A stretch of DNA of 64,000 nucleotides from an archaeon (GTDB lineage: Archaea > Nanobdellota > Nanobdellia > Pacearchaeales > UBA284), in contig CP070794.1 of assembly GCA_020343435.1 (NCBI GenBank), forward strand, positions 583,712 through 647,711, written 5' to 3'. The position numbers and the translations under genes were made by a program. Below the pieces are notes generated by a model. The model was given only the letters and a program-made list of their open reading frames with translations, made no database searches and had not been told where the DNA came from. Position 1 is the first letter of the stretch; each line of letters opens with the position of its first letter. Shown in pieces: positions 45,181-51,799 of the stretch.

Positions 45181-45888
45181 ATGTATAAAATAGAAAACAA
45201 GATTGATGATAGTATAACAAGAAAATTAAAAGATAAACTTAAAAAAAAGTGGACTCCAAAACTAGCAAATGTCTTTTCTCCAAATTTTTTGAGTATTCTT
45301 GGATTAATTTCTTCAGTATTTGCTGGCTTATGTTTCTATTTAACTCAATTTAGTGAATATTGGCTTTTCGGTGCAGCTGCAGCAATTCTTATCAATTGTT
45401 TTGCAGATGAATTTGATGGAGAAGTGGCTAGATATAAAAAAGAAGCAACTGGCCATGGATTTTTTACAGATAGGATGTTCGATCAATTAGGATTCTTTTT
45501 GGTTATGTTAGGATTAGGATTATCCCCCCTAATGCAACTTCCTTTAGCGCTCCTATTAGTTGTTGTTTACTTCATAATATCTATGAATGTTTTTTTAATG
45601 GCTTATGCTACAGGGAAGTTTAGAATAGCTTATGGAAAATTTGGGCCAGTGGAACTTAGGTTAGGTTTTGTTATCTATTGTATATGCACTCCTTTTTCCA
45701 AATATATCTATCCATATGTTCTTTCAGAAGGAAAATTTTTAGGTATTACCCCAATAACTTCCTTTGATCTTATTGCGTTGATTGGAATAGCAATTTTCGC
45801 ATTAATTGCTATTTTTACAATTGTAGAGAACTTTACTTATTTATTTAAAGTCAGGAAAAAAATTCTTTTTAAAAGTCAGGTGAAATAG
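45181..45888 (+). CDS. CDP-alcohol phosphatidyltransferase family protein (copy 2, tandem paralogue)
   Basis: 'DEFDGEVARYKKEATGHGFFTDRMFD' is a perfect DGx2ARx8Gx3Dx3D motif. The topology is similar to copy 1. Confidence 0.78.
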   Translation: MYKIENKIDDSITRKLKDKLKKKWTPKLANVFSPNFLSILGLISSVFAGLCFYLTQFSEYWLFGAAAAILINCFADEFDGEVARYKKEATGHGFFTDRMFDQLGFFLVMLGLGLSPLMQLPLALLLVVVYFIISMNVFLMAYATGKFRIAYGKFGPVELRLGFVIYCICTPFSKYIYPYVLSEGKFLGITPITSFDLIALIGIAIFALIAIFTIVENFTYLFKVRKKILFKSQVK

Positions 45889-45891
45889 AAA

Positions 45892-45972
45892 CGCCCGGAC
45901 CAGGAATCGAACCTGGATGCCCCGGAGGGCACGGCTTTCCAGGCCGTTGCGATACCATTACGCGACCCGGGC
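45892..45972 (-). tRNA. tRNA-Ser (anticodon GGA), class II with long variable arm
   Basis: Hand-folded: GCCCGGG/TCCGGGC acceptor, anticodon arm ACGGC-CTGGAAA-GCCGT, a 14-nt variable arm and T-arm CCAGG-TTCGATT-CCTGG. It is 81 nt. Confidence 0.85.
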
Positions 45973-45995
45973 ATAAATTTTACAGTCTTATACAA

Positions 45996-46013
45996 GTTAA
46001 AAAGCTTTTTAAA
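45996..46013. promoter_or_regulatory. Palindromic bidirectional BRE/TATA element (tRNA-Ser and 46035 ORF)
   Basis: A perfect 16-bp palindrome TTAAAAAGCTTTTTAA spans 45997-46012. Minus-strand 'TTTTTAAC' ends 23 nt before the tRNA-Ser 5' end. Plus-strand 'TTTTTAAA' ends 21 nt before ATG 46035. Confidence 0.5.
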
Positions 46014-46034
46014 ATAGATTTTATTTGAATACCT

Positions 46035-46571
46035 ATGAAAAAAGAGGTCAAACAAGCAAAACCAAAAAGAAAGATTAAAGCTTGGTTGATGGTAGTGATT
46101 ATAATAATTATCTTAATCTTATCATTCTATTTTATAATTTTAAACCCAGCAGTTAGTAAACCAGAATTAGAAAAACCAGCATTATTAAATGAAATGGTTA
46201 ATGGAACGCTTGTACAATTAGATCATACTCACTTAACCTACATCTTAACAGAATTAGGGTACTATAAAATCCATAAAAATCCATTAAATGGAGAAGTTCC
46301 TTTACTAACAATAAGAATGTCTGATCTTAACAAAGAATTTAACTTTACAACAAATAGGGGAAGAGTTATTCATGTTCCTACTTCCAGTGCTCTTCAAGAT
46401 GTAATTCTAACATCTGACCAAGAAACAATGGTTGGTATATATGAATCAGAAGATGTGATTCAAGCAACTAAAAATAAGATCAATGAAGGTAAGTTTGCTG
46501 CAGCAGTTCTTAAGGAGACTACAGATTTAACAATGAAAGGTTATATGACTGTCTATAATTCTTTATCTTAA
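46035..46571 (+). CDS. Hypothetical N-terminally membrane-anchored protein
   Basis: A basic N-terminus and a single TM helix (AWLMVVIIIIILILSFYFIIL) precede an extracytoplasmic domain. I recognise no family. Confidence 0.5.
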   Translation: MKKEVKQAKPKRKIKAWLMVVIIIIILILSFYFIILNPAVSKPELEKPALLNEMVNGTLVQLDHTHLTYILTELGYYKIHKNPLNGEVPLLTIRMSDLNKEFNFTTNRGRVIHVPTSSALQDVILTSDQETMVGIYESEDVIQATKNKINEGKFAAAVLKETTDLTMKGYMTVYNSLS

Positions 46572-47071
46572 GTTCTAATACCTGGTTTGTGAAATGGCCA
46601 TCCATTTGCCCATGGGACAAAATCATTAAAACGCCTTGCTCTTGAAGTTTCTACAGGAGAGCTTTTATATTCTAATTTAAGGGTGAGATAACCTGCCTCT
46701 CTAGTTGGGCACCAACCATGTTTTTTATATGGGTCAAATGTCCTTTCTTCTCCAGGGACGAGGGCATTAAAAGAACCAGCCAAATCATCAAACTCTTTCG
46801 TATTTATGAATAAAACTCCACTCCCTTCTAAAACAGAAATTCCTCTGCTTCCATGCATCATTTTTTCAATATCTGATGGAAGAGTATAACATCTATCAAC
46901 AACCAGAGGACTAACTTTTTTTATTAAAATACCTGTTTCTGGATCTAATTCATAACCCTTAGCCAAATGCTCTTTAGTTATACTAGCAAATCTCTCAAGA
47001 TCTGTTCTTTCTGCCCACCAGTTTAAAACTCTACTATTATTAACAACCTTTAATACATCTGGAAGTGGCAT
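46568..47071 (-). CDS. Hypothetical protein (compositionally atypical)
   Basis: This 167-aa ORF is richer in G/R/P/W than its neighbours. I recognise no motif. Confidence 0.45.
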   Translation of the reverse strand: MPLPDVLKVVNNSRVLNWWAERTDLERFASITKEHLAKGYELDPETGILIKKVSPLVVDRCYTLPSDIEKMMHGSRGISVLEGSGVLFINTKEFDDLAGSFNALVPGEERTFDPYKKHGWCPTREAGYLTLKLEYKSSPVETSRARRFNDFVPWANGWPFHKPGIRT

Positions 47072-47144
47072 TTTACTCTCTTAACACCAAAGAATATTTA
47101 AAGAATATTGCAGTTTAATCCTTGTTTTACAGAATATAATTAAA

Positions 47145-48359
47145 ATGAGGCTGATATCTGATCTACATGTTCATTCTAGATTTGCAAGAGCAACTTCTAA
47201 TGAATTAAATATCCCTAATCTAGAAAAATGGGCAAAAGTAAAAGGACTAGGACTTATAGGAACAGGAGATTTCACACATCCAGAATGGAACCAAGAACTA
47301 AAAAGAGATCTAAAGGAAGATGGAACAGGAATTCTAAAAACAGAAAATAACTTTCCATTTGTTTTACAAACAGAAGTTTCATTAATGTATTCTCAAGGAA
47401 ATAAAGGAAGAAGAGTTCATTTAGTCCTATTAGCTCCTTCTTTTGAAATAGTAGATCAAATCATAGATTATTTTGCAAAAAAAGGAAGATTAGATTATGA
47501 TGGAAGACCAATATTTGGATTAAATGCAATAGAAGTTACAGAATCTTTAAAATCAATTTCAGATCAAATAGAAATCATTCCAGCACATATCTGGACACCA
47601 TGGTTTGGTTTACTCGGATCTAAATCAGGATTTAATTCTTTTGAAGAAGCATTTGAAGATCAAGTTAAACATATTTATTCCTTAGAAACAGGATTAAGCT
47701 CAGATCCCCCTATGAACTGGAGACTTTCCCAATTAGATAAATACTCTATTTTATCATTCTCAGATCTACATAGTTTCTGGCCATGGAGAATAGGAAGAGA
47801 ATCAACTATCTTTGAATTACCAGAATTAACTTATAAAAATCTAATAAATGCAATAAGAACAAAACAAGGATTAGCAGGAACAATAGAAGTAGATCCTGGC
47901 TATGGAAAGTATCATTTTGACGGACATAGATTTTGTAAATTCTCTTGTTCACCTCAAGATTCTAAAAAAAGAAATAATACATGTCCTAGGTGTAATAAAC
48001 AATTAACAATCGGAGTTTTAAACAGAGTAGAAGAATTAGCAGATAGAGAAGAAGGATTTAAACCTGAAAATCCAAAACCTTTTCATTCTTTACTTCCATT
48101 ACATGAATTAATCTCACTAGTTCTTGAGACTTCAATTTCAACGCAAAAAGTTTGGAAAGAATATAATCATTTGATAATGAAATTTGGAAATGAATTTGAT
48201 ATTCTACTTAACACTCCAGAAGAACAGTTAATAAAAGTTGTTTCAGAAAAAATTACTTCAACAATAATAAAAAATAGAGAGGGGAAAATTAAAGTTAAGC
48301 CAGGATATGATGGAGAATATGGGAAAGCAATGTTAGAAGAGCAAAAGACTTTATTCTAG
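47145..48359 (+). CDS. endoQ: Endonuclease Q (PHP-domain, deaminated-base endonuclease family)
   Basis: It has PHP-type 'DLHVHSRFARATS' and 'GTGDFTHPEW' motifs and 'PAHIWTPW'. A Zn-finger 'CPRCNKQLTIGVLNRVEEL' and a C-terminal 'KPGYDGEYG' follow. The match to Pyrococcus EndoQ architecture, as I recall it, covers the whole length. Confidence 0.8.
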   Translation: MRLISDLHVHSRFARATSNELNIPNLEKWAKVKGLGLIGTGDFTHPEWNQELKRDLKEDGTGILKTENNFPFVLQTEVSLMYSQGNKGRRVHLVLLAPSFEIVDQIIDYFAKKGRLDYDGRPIFGLNAIEVTESLKSISDQIEIIPAHIWTPWFGLLGSKSGFNSFEEAFEDQVKHIYSLETGLSSDPPMNWRLSQLDKYSILSFSDLHSFWPWRIGRESTIFELPELTYKNLINAIRTKQGLAGTIEVDPGYGKYHFDGHRFCKFSCSPQDSKKRNNTCPRCNKQLTIGVLNRVEELADREEGFKPENPKPFHSLLPLHELISLVLETSISTQKVWKEYNHLIMKFGNEFDILLNTPEEQLIKVVSEKITSTIIKNREGKIKVKPGYDGEYGKAMLEEQKTLF

Positions 48360-49894
48360 GGTAGATCTTCTGGTCTTGTACCATACATCCTGAAAAAAAT
48401 ACTTTGGGAAGAATCCCTTCTATTTTCTTCTGGAACTAACCCTCTAAACTGTCTAACTGCATGAATAGCATCATCCCCAAACCTTAATCCGACATCTGTT
48501 TCTGATACATCTCCTTTATATCCCATCACTGTTGCAGCCATTGCCATCTGTCTTATCTCAGCCACATCAGCATCATAGCATGCTCTAAACTGTTCTGAAG
48601 TAAATTCCCCTCCCCTTCTAGCACGCGCTAAACCATATGCTAAGTTAAACATTTCCTCAACTCCTGGGTGCATGTCGGTATCTCTTTGTGGTCTATTTCT
48701 TGCAGCAGAGATTATTGCATCATATATATTCTGTCTTCCTTTTTTTCTTCTCCAAACAACATCTTCAACTAGTCCTCCAATTGCACGATAATTATCTGTT
48801 GATAGAAGTGCTTGTTCTAGTGGAAGAGACATCTCTCCATCTTCAGCCATCCTCCAAACTGTTGTCCTATCTTTTCCCCGTAACCTCCTCTTTAGTAATT
48901 CATAAAAAATTCCCGCTCTTTCACTATCTCTCCCAGTTACAACCCTACTTAAAGGAGCTATTGGGACTGCCAATGGAGAAACCAAGTTTATTAGCTCTCT
49001 TTGGTGGAGTGAAGGACGATCAAAAACATCATCTAATTTTTGTTGGCTTGTTACAATAACAATACCATTTCTTGGAGTAGAACTTATCTCTTTTATTGCC
49101 TCAACAGCTTGTTCAATAGTATAACCCGGATTTCTTAATCCAAAACGTTGAACATCCTCTAAAATTAAAATATTAGCATTATAAACCCCATCTAAGAATC
49201 TTTGGGCAGCTTCTTTCTGAGTATCTGAAGTTCTTGTATCAAATCTTTGTTTAGTTCTTCTTATCAAATTACCCGCAGTTGTATAGACTAAACGTGGTCT
49301 TCTACTTTTTAATTTTCTTCTGTTTCCAGGAGTTAATGCCGCAATTTCATTATCTAAAATCCTATGTCCTATGGCCTGTACTAAATATGTCTTTCCAAGT
49401 CCAGAGTCTCCATGTAGGAATAATACCGGGAAAAGAATCTCTCTTTTAGAACAATAACTCTTTGCCATTCCGGCAGCAACGCCATTATGTCGTGAAACTA
49501 GCATATCTCTAAATGTATGTCTCGAATCTAATTGATTTCTCATTCCTTCTATCTTGGCAACTCTTTGTTCCAATTTAGAAGGACTTCTTGAATCTCCTCC
49601 TTCTCCCCAAACTCTATCAGCCTCCCATAAAAGTCTAGACATGTGGGTATTTTCAAGAACTCTTCTTCCACCATCTTCATATCTGACTGTTTTAATTCCC
49701 AAATCTTTTACAGCACCAAGCACTTTATCTATGTGGTTTTTTTCTCCATGAATCATTATTGCTTCAGGAACACAGATAGTCAAAACTTCTCCATCAACAT
49801 CTAATACAGATCTTTGATAAAATCCTGCCGCAGCAGGACCCAAAGCATCAAAAATTTTCTGATTAAGTTCTCTTTGATCAATTCCCTCAGCCAT
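48356..49894 (-). CDS. Bacterial-type DnaA-like AAA+ protein (domains I-IV recognisable)
   Basis: It carries 'HTFRDMLVSRHNGVAAGMA', Walker A 'LFLHGDSGLGKTYLVQAIGH', Walker B 'ILILEDVQRF', sensor I 'IVIVTSQQ' and sensor II-like 'DNYRAIGGLVEDV'. The C-terminal HTH-like region is 'AEIRQMAMAATV...VGLRFG'. Each element parallels E. coli DnaA motifs as recalled from memory. Confidence 0.7.
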   Translation of the reverse strand: MAEGIDQRELNQKIFDALGPAAAGFYQRSVLDVDGEVLTICVPEAIMIHGEKNHIDKVLGAVKDLGIKTVRYEDGGRRVLENTHMSRLLWEADRVWGEGGDSRSPSKLEQRVAKIEGMRNQLDSRHTFRDMLVSRHNGVAAGMAKSYCSKREILFPVLFLHGDSGLGKTYLVQAIGHRILDNEIAALTPGNRRKLKSRRPRLVYTTAGNLIRRTKQRFDTRTSDTQKEAAQRFLDGVYNANILILEDVQRFGLRNPGYTIEQAVEAIKEISSTPRNGIVIVTSQQKLDDVFDRPSLHQRELINLVSPLAVPIAPLSRVVTGRDSERAGIFYELLKRRLRGKDRTTVWRMAEDGEMSLPLEQALLSTDNYRAIGGLVEDVVWRRKKGRQNIYDAIISAARNRPQRDTDMHPGVEEMFNLAYGLARARRGGEFTSEQFRACYDADVAEIRQMAMAATVMGYKGDVSETDVGLRFGDDAIHAVRQFRGLVPEENRRDSSQSIFFRMYGTRPEDLP

Positions 49895-49916
49895 ATCTCA
49901 CCTTAGTTCTATCAAT

Positions 49917-49924
49917 TTATAAAG
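49917..49924 (-). promoter_or_regulatory. TATA-like box for the DnaA-like gene
   Basis: Minus-strand 'CTTTATAA' ends 22 nt before ATG 49894. Confidence 0.4.
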
Positions 49925-49964
49925 ATTATTATTTCTAAAGTAGTAACATTTTTCAGGATATAAG

Positions 49965-49972
49965 GTTTTAAA
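49965..49972 (+). promoter_or_regulatory. TATA-like box for tRNA-Arg
   Basis: 'GTTTTAAA' ends 21 nt before the tRNA 5' end. This is 2 nt closer than at the other tRNAs, and there is no AAAGC-type BRE. Confidence 0.35.
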
Positions 49973-49993
49973 ATCAAGATACTTATCCTTTTT

Positions 49994-50065
49994 GCCTCTG
50001 TAGTTCAACGGATAGAACACGCGGCTACGGACCGTGAGATCTGGGTTCAAATCCTAGTAGGGGCA
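49994..50065 (+). tRNA. tRNA-Arg (anticodon ACG)
   Basis: Hand-folded: GCCTCTG/TAGGGGC acceptor (with G-U pairs), D-arm GTTC-AACGGATA-GAAC, anticodon arm CGCGG-CTACGGA-CCGTG and T-arm CTGGG-TTCAAAT-CCTAG. It is 72 nt. Position 34 is A. Confidence 0.8.
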
Positions 50066-50722
50066 TTAATCACAACTAGAACATGTTTCATAACCTCTCA
50101 ATTCAGCTTCTTCCTTTGTTTCAAAACAAATCAAATTCTCTTTCTTAATTTTCTGGGCCCATTGACAACCACATTTATGATATTTATTCGAATTCTTACT
50201 TGCAGCATAGTTATCTTCTTTAGAACATGCCAAATAAACACATCCAGAACTCTTAGTTATTGGCTCTCCTATCTGTTTCCAAATACCTTTCTTAGCTTCA
50301 ATAGCTTGCTGTTCAGCTTGAGAAATCATATTTTGATATTTTTCATCTTCATTATAGAATTTTGCAATAGCTAATCCTTCTCCAACAATCTCAGCATTAA
50401 CTAAAGAACCATCTAACCAAACCCATCTCAATAACCTATCATACCTATCCTTATTTTCAATATCTCGTTCTAATTCTATTTCTTTAAACAAAACTCTAGA
50501 TTCTAAGAACTCTTTAGCTTCTAAATAAAATTGTTCATTTTTTTCAGGAGTATCTATTCCCAATAACCTAACTCTATCTCCTCCTTGTATTGTCAAAGTA
50601 TCTCCATCAATAACTTCAGTTACCAGACCTTTTTCAAAAGATTCTCTAGTTGTTTGTTGAGTTACACAACCAGAACTAATTAGAATAACCGCTAATATAA
50701 AGATCAAAACCCCTTTTTTCAT
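50066..50722 (-). CDS. Secreted/lipid-anchored thermonuclease (SNase-like) with C-terminal Cys-rich metal-binding motif
   Basis: The signal peptide has a lipobox-like 'LISSGC'. The SNase hallmark 'VIDGDTLTIQGGDRVRLLGIDTPE' is present. The C-terminal motif is 'YHKCGCQWAQKI...CFETKEEAELRGYETCSSC'. Confidence 0.8.
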   Translation of the reverse strand: MKKGVLIFILAVILISSGCVTQQTTRESFEKGLVTEVIDGDTLTIQGGDRVRLLGIDTPEKNEQFYLEAKEFLESRVLFKEIELERDIENKDRYDRLLRWVWLDGSLVNAEIVGEGLAIAKFYNEDEKYQNMISQAEQQAIEAKKGIWKQIGEPITKSSGCVYLACSKEDNYAASKNSNKYHKCGCQWAQKIKKENLICFETKEEAELRGYETCSSCD

Positions 50723-50794
50723 AAAAAATAAAGAAAAAAAGAAAATTTAAACTTTTTTAAATTTAGGGTTATCAGAAGTTTTTAGACAGATTTT

Positions 50795-50899
50795 TTAGTC
50801 CTCTTCATCATCCCAATTTTCTTCCTCTTCATCACGTTTCTTCTTCTCTTCATCTTCTTCCCCTTCTTCGTCATCCCAATCATCCCCATATTCTGCCAT
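50795..50899 (-). CDS. Putative 34-aa hyper-acidic Trp-containing micro-protein
   Basis: The ORF is not in the track: MAEYGDDWDDEEGEEDEEKKKRDEEEENWDDEED. A strong Shine-Dalgarno-like 'GGAGGTC' lies 5 nt upstream of the ATG. It contains two WDDEE motifs. Confidence 0.4.
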   Translation of the reverse strand: MAEYGDDWDDEEGEEDEEKKKRDEEEENWDDEED

Positions 50900-51050
50900 T
50901 TTTTGACCTCCAAATTTTAATTTGTTATGCCCAAATTCTTTTTAAACATTCTTTAAGAAAATTTAGTCCCTGGTTAGTTAATCCAAGAGTTTAAATACTT
51001 AAATTAAATCAAAATTCAGCAAATTTTACTGCAAAAAGGAGGTCTCTAAA

Positions 51051-51104
51051 ATGTCTTGTAAAAAAAATAAAAAAGGTGTATCTACTAAGAAAAAAAAGAA
51101 ATAA
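51051..51104 (+). CDS. Putative 17-aa poly-lysine micro-protein
   Basis: The ORF is not in the track: MSCKKNKKGVSTKKKKK. It is preceded by 'AGGAGGTC' 6 nt upstream of the ATG and is divergent from the acidic micro-ORF. Confidence 0.3.
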   Translation: MSCKKNKKGVSTKKKKK

Positions 51105-51164
51105 TCATTCTTTACTTAATTTAAATTTCAATCATTTATCTTCTTCTTTATTTCTTTCTTTAAG

Positions 51165-51237
51165 TGGCTGTGGCGGGAGTTGAACCCGCGACATCTGCCT
51201 TATGAGAGCAGCACTCTAACCACTGAGTTACACAGCC
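51165..51237 (-). tRNA. tRNA with CAU anticodon (elongator Met or Ile2)
   Basis: Hand-folded: GGCTGTG/CACAGCC acceptor, anticodon arm CTGCT-CTCATAA-GGCAG and T-arm GCGGG-TTCAACT-CCCGC. It is 73 nt. It lacks the initiator features (A1:U72 and three G:C pairs in the anticodon stem). Confidence 0.85.
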
Positions 51238-51260
51238 TTATTCAGACTAATAAGCTATAT

Positions 51261-51268
51261 TTTAAAAA
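51261..51268 (-). promoter_or_regulatory. TATA-like box for tRNA(CAU)
   Basis: Minus-strand 'TTTTTAAA' ends 23 nt before tRNA nucleotide 1. Confidence 0.45.
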
Positions 51269-51306
51269 CTTATCATTTAAAAAAAGAAAAGAAAAAGAAA
51301 TAAAAT

Positions 51307-51597
51307 TTATTTCTTCACTAAAACAATATCCATTGTACTTACGTTAACGTTCTTACCTTCTTTGTTCTTGAATTCTTCACTGTTGATTTTTATGTCCTTT
51401 ATCTCAATACCGTGTTCTTTCAAGAATCTCCTTGTAGCAACTTCAGCAACATCTACAGCTCTACTGATAAACTTTCCTCTAGCTTTTATTGTAACTTCTT
51501 TTGCTCCCTTGGTTGTAAATTGCATTACAACTCCTGTAACGTAGTTCATGAATGGTTTACCACCGATGAAGATGGTGTTTTCGTCATTGTCTGCCAT
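51307..51597 (-). CDS. albA: Chromatin/RNA-binding protein Alba
   Basis: The 96-aa protein carries 'NTIFIGGKPFMNYVTGVVMQF...VTIKARGKFISRAVDVAEV'. Confidence 0.88.
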   Translation of the reverse strand: MADNDENTIFIGGKPFMNYVTGVVMQFTTKGAKEVTIKARGKFISRAVDVAEVATRRFLKEHGIEIKDIKINSEEFKNKEGKNVNVSTMDIVLVKK

Positions 51598-51616
51598 TTT
51601 TACCTCCGTTTATAGT

Positions 51617-51799
51617 TTAGCATTTCTTCTTTAATCTTGTCACATAACCAGCAATCTTATTCCTAGTTTTTTTATCAGATCCCATAATATCTTTTAGAAT
51701 CTTCTTTGTTTTTTCAAAATCTTTGTCAAAAACTTCTGGCTTTTCTTCTACCAGTTTTCTAGCTTTTCTCTTGATTGCTGTTGACTTAATTCGTCCCAT
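51617..51799 (-). CDS. rps17e: Ribosomal protein eS17
   Basis: It carries 'MGRIKSTAIKRKARKLVEE...NKIAGYVTRL'. The start is set at ATG 51799. Confidence 0.85.
   Translation of the reverse strand: MGRIKSTAIKRKARKLVEEKPEVFDKDFEKTKKILKDIMGSDKKTRNKIAGYVTRLKKKC

Noticed and set aside
49895-49993. Search for DnaA-box arrays or an origin next to the DnaA-like gene
   Set aside because: I saw only one partial TTATCC match (near 49983) and no repeated 9-mers in the 99-bp spacer. I cannot call an origin here from sequence alone.
49994-50722. Integrated mobile element using tRNA-Arg as attachment site
   Set aside because: No integrase, transposase or recombinase gene is nearby, and I did not spot a duplicated tRNA 3' fragment. 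The flanking genes have native-looking promoters. Foreign origin remains possible but is unsupported as an intact element.
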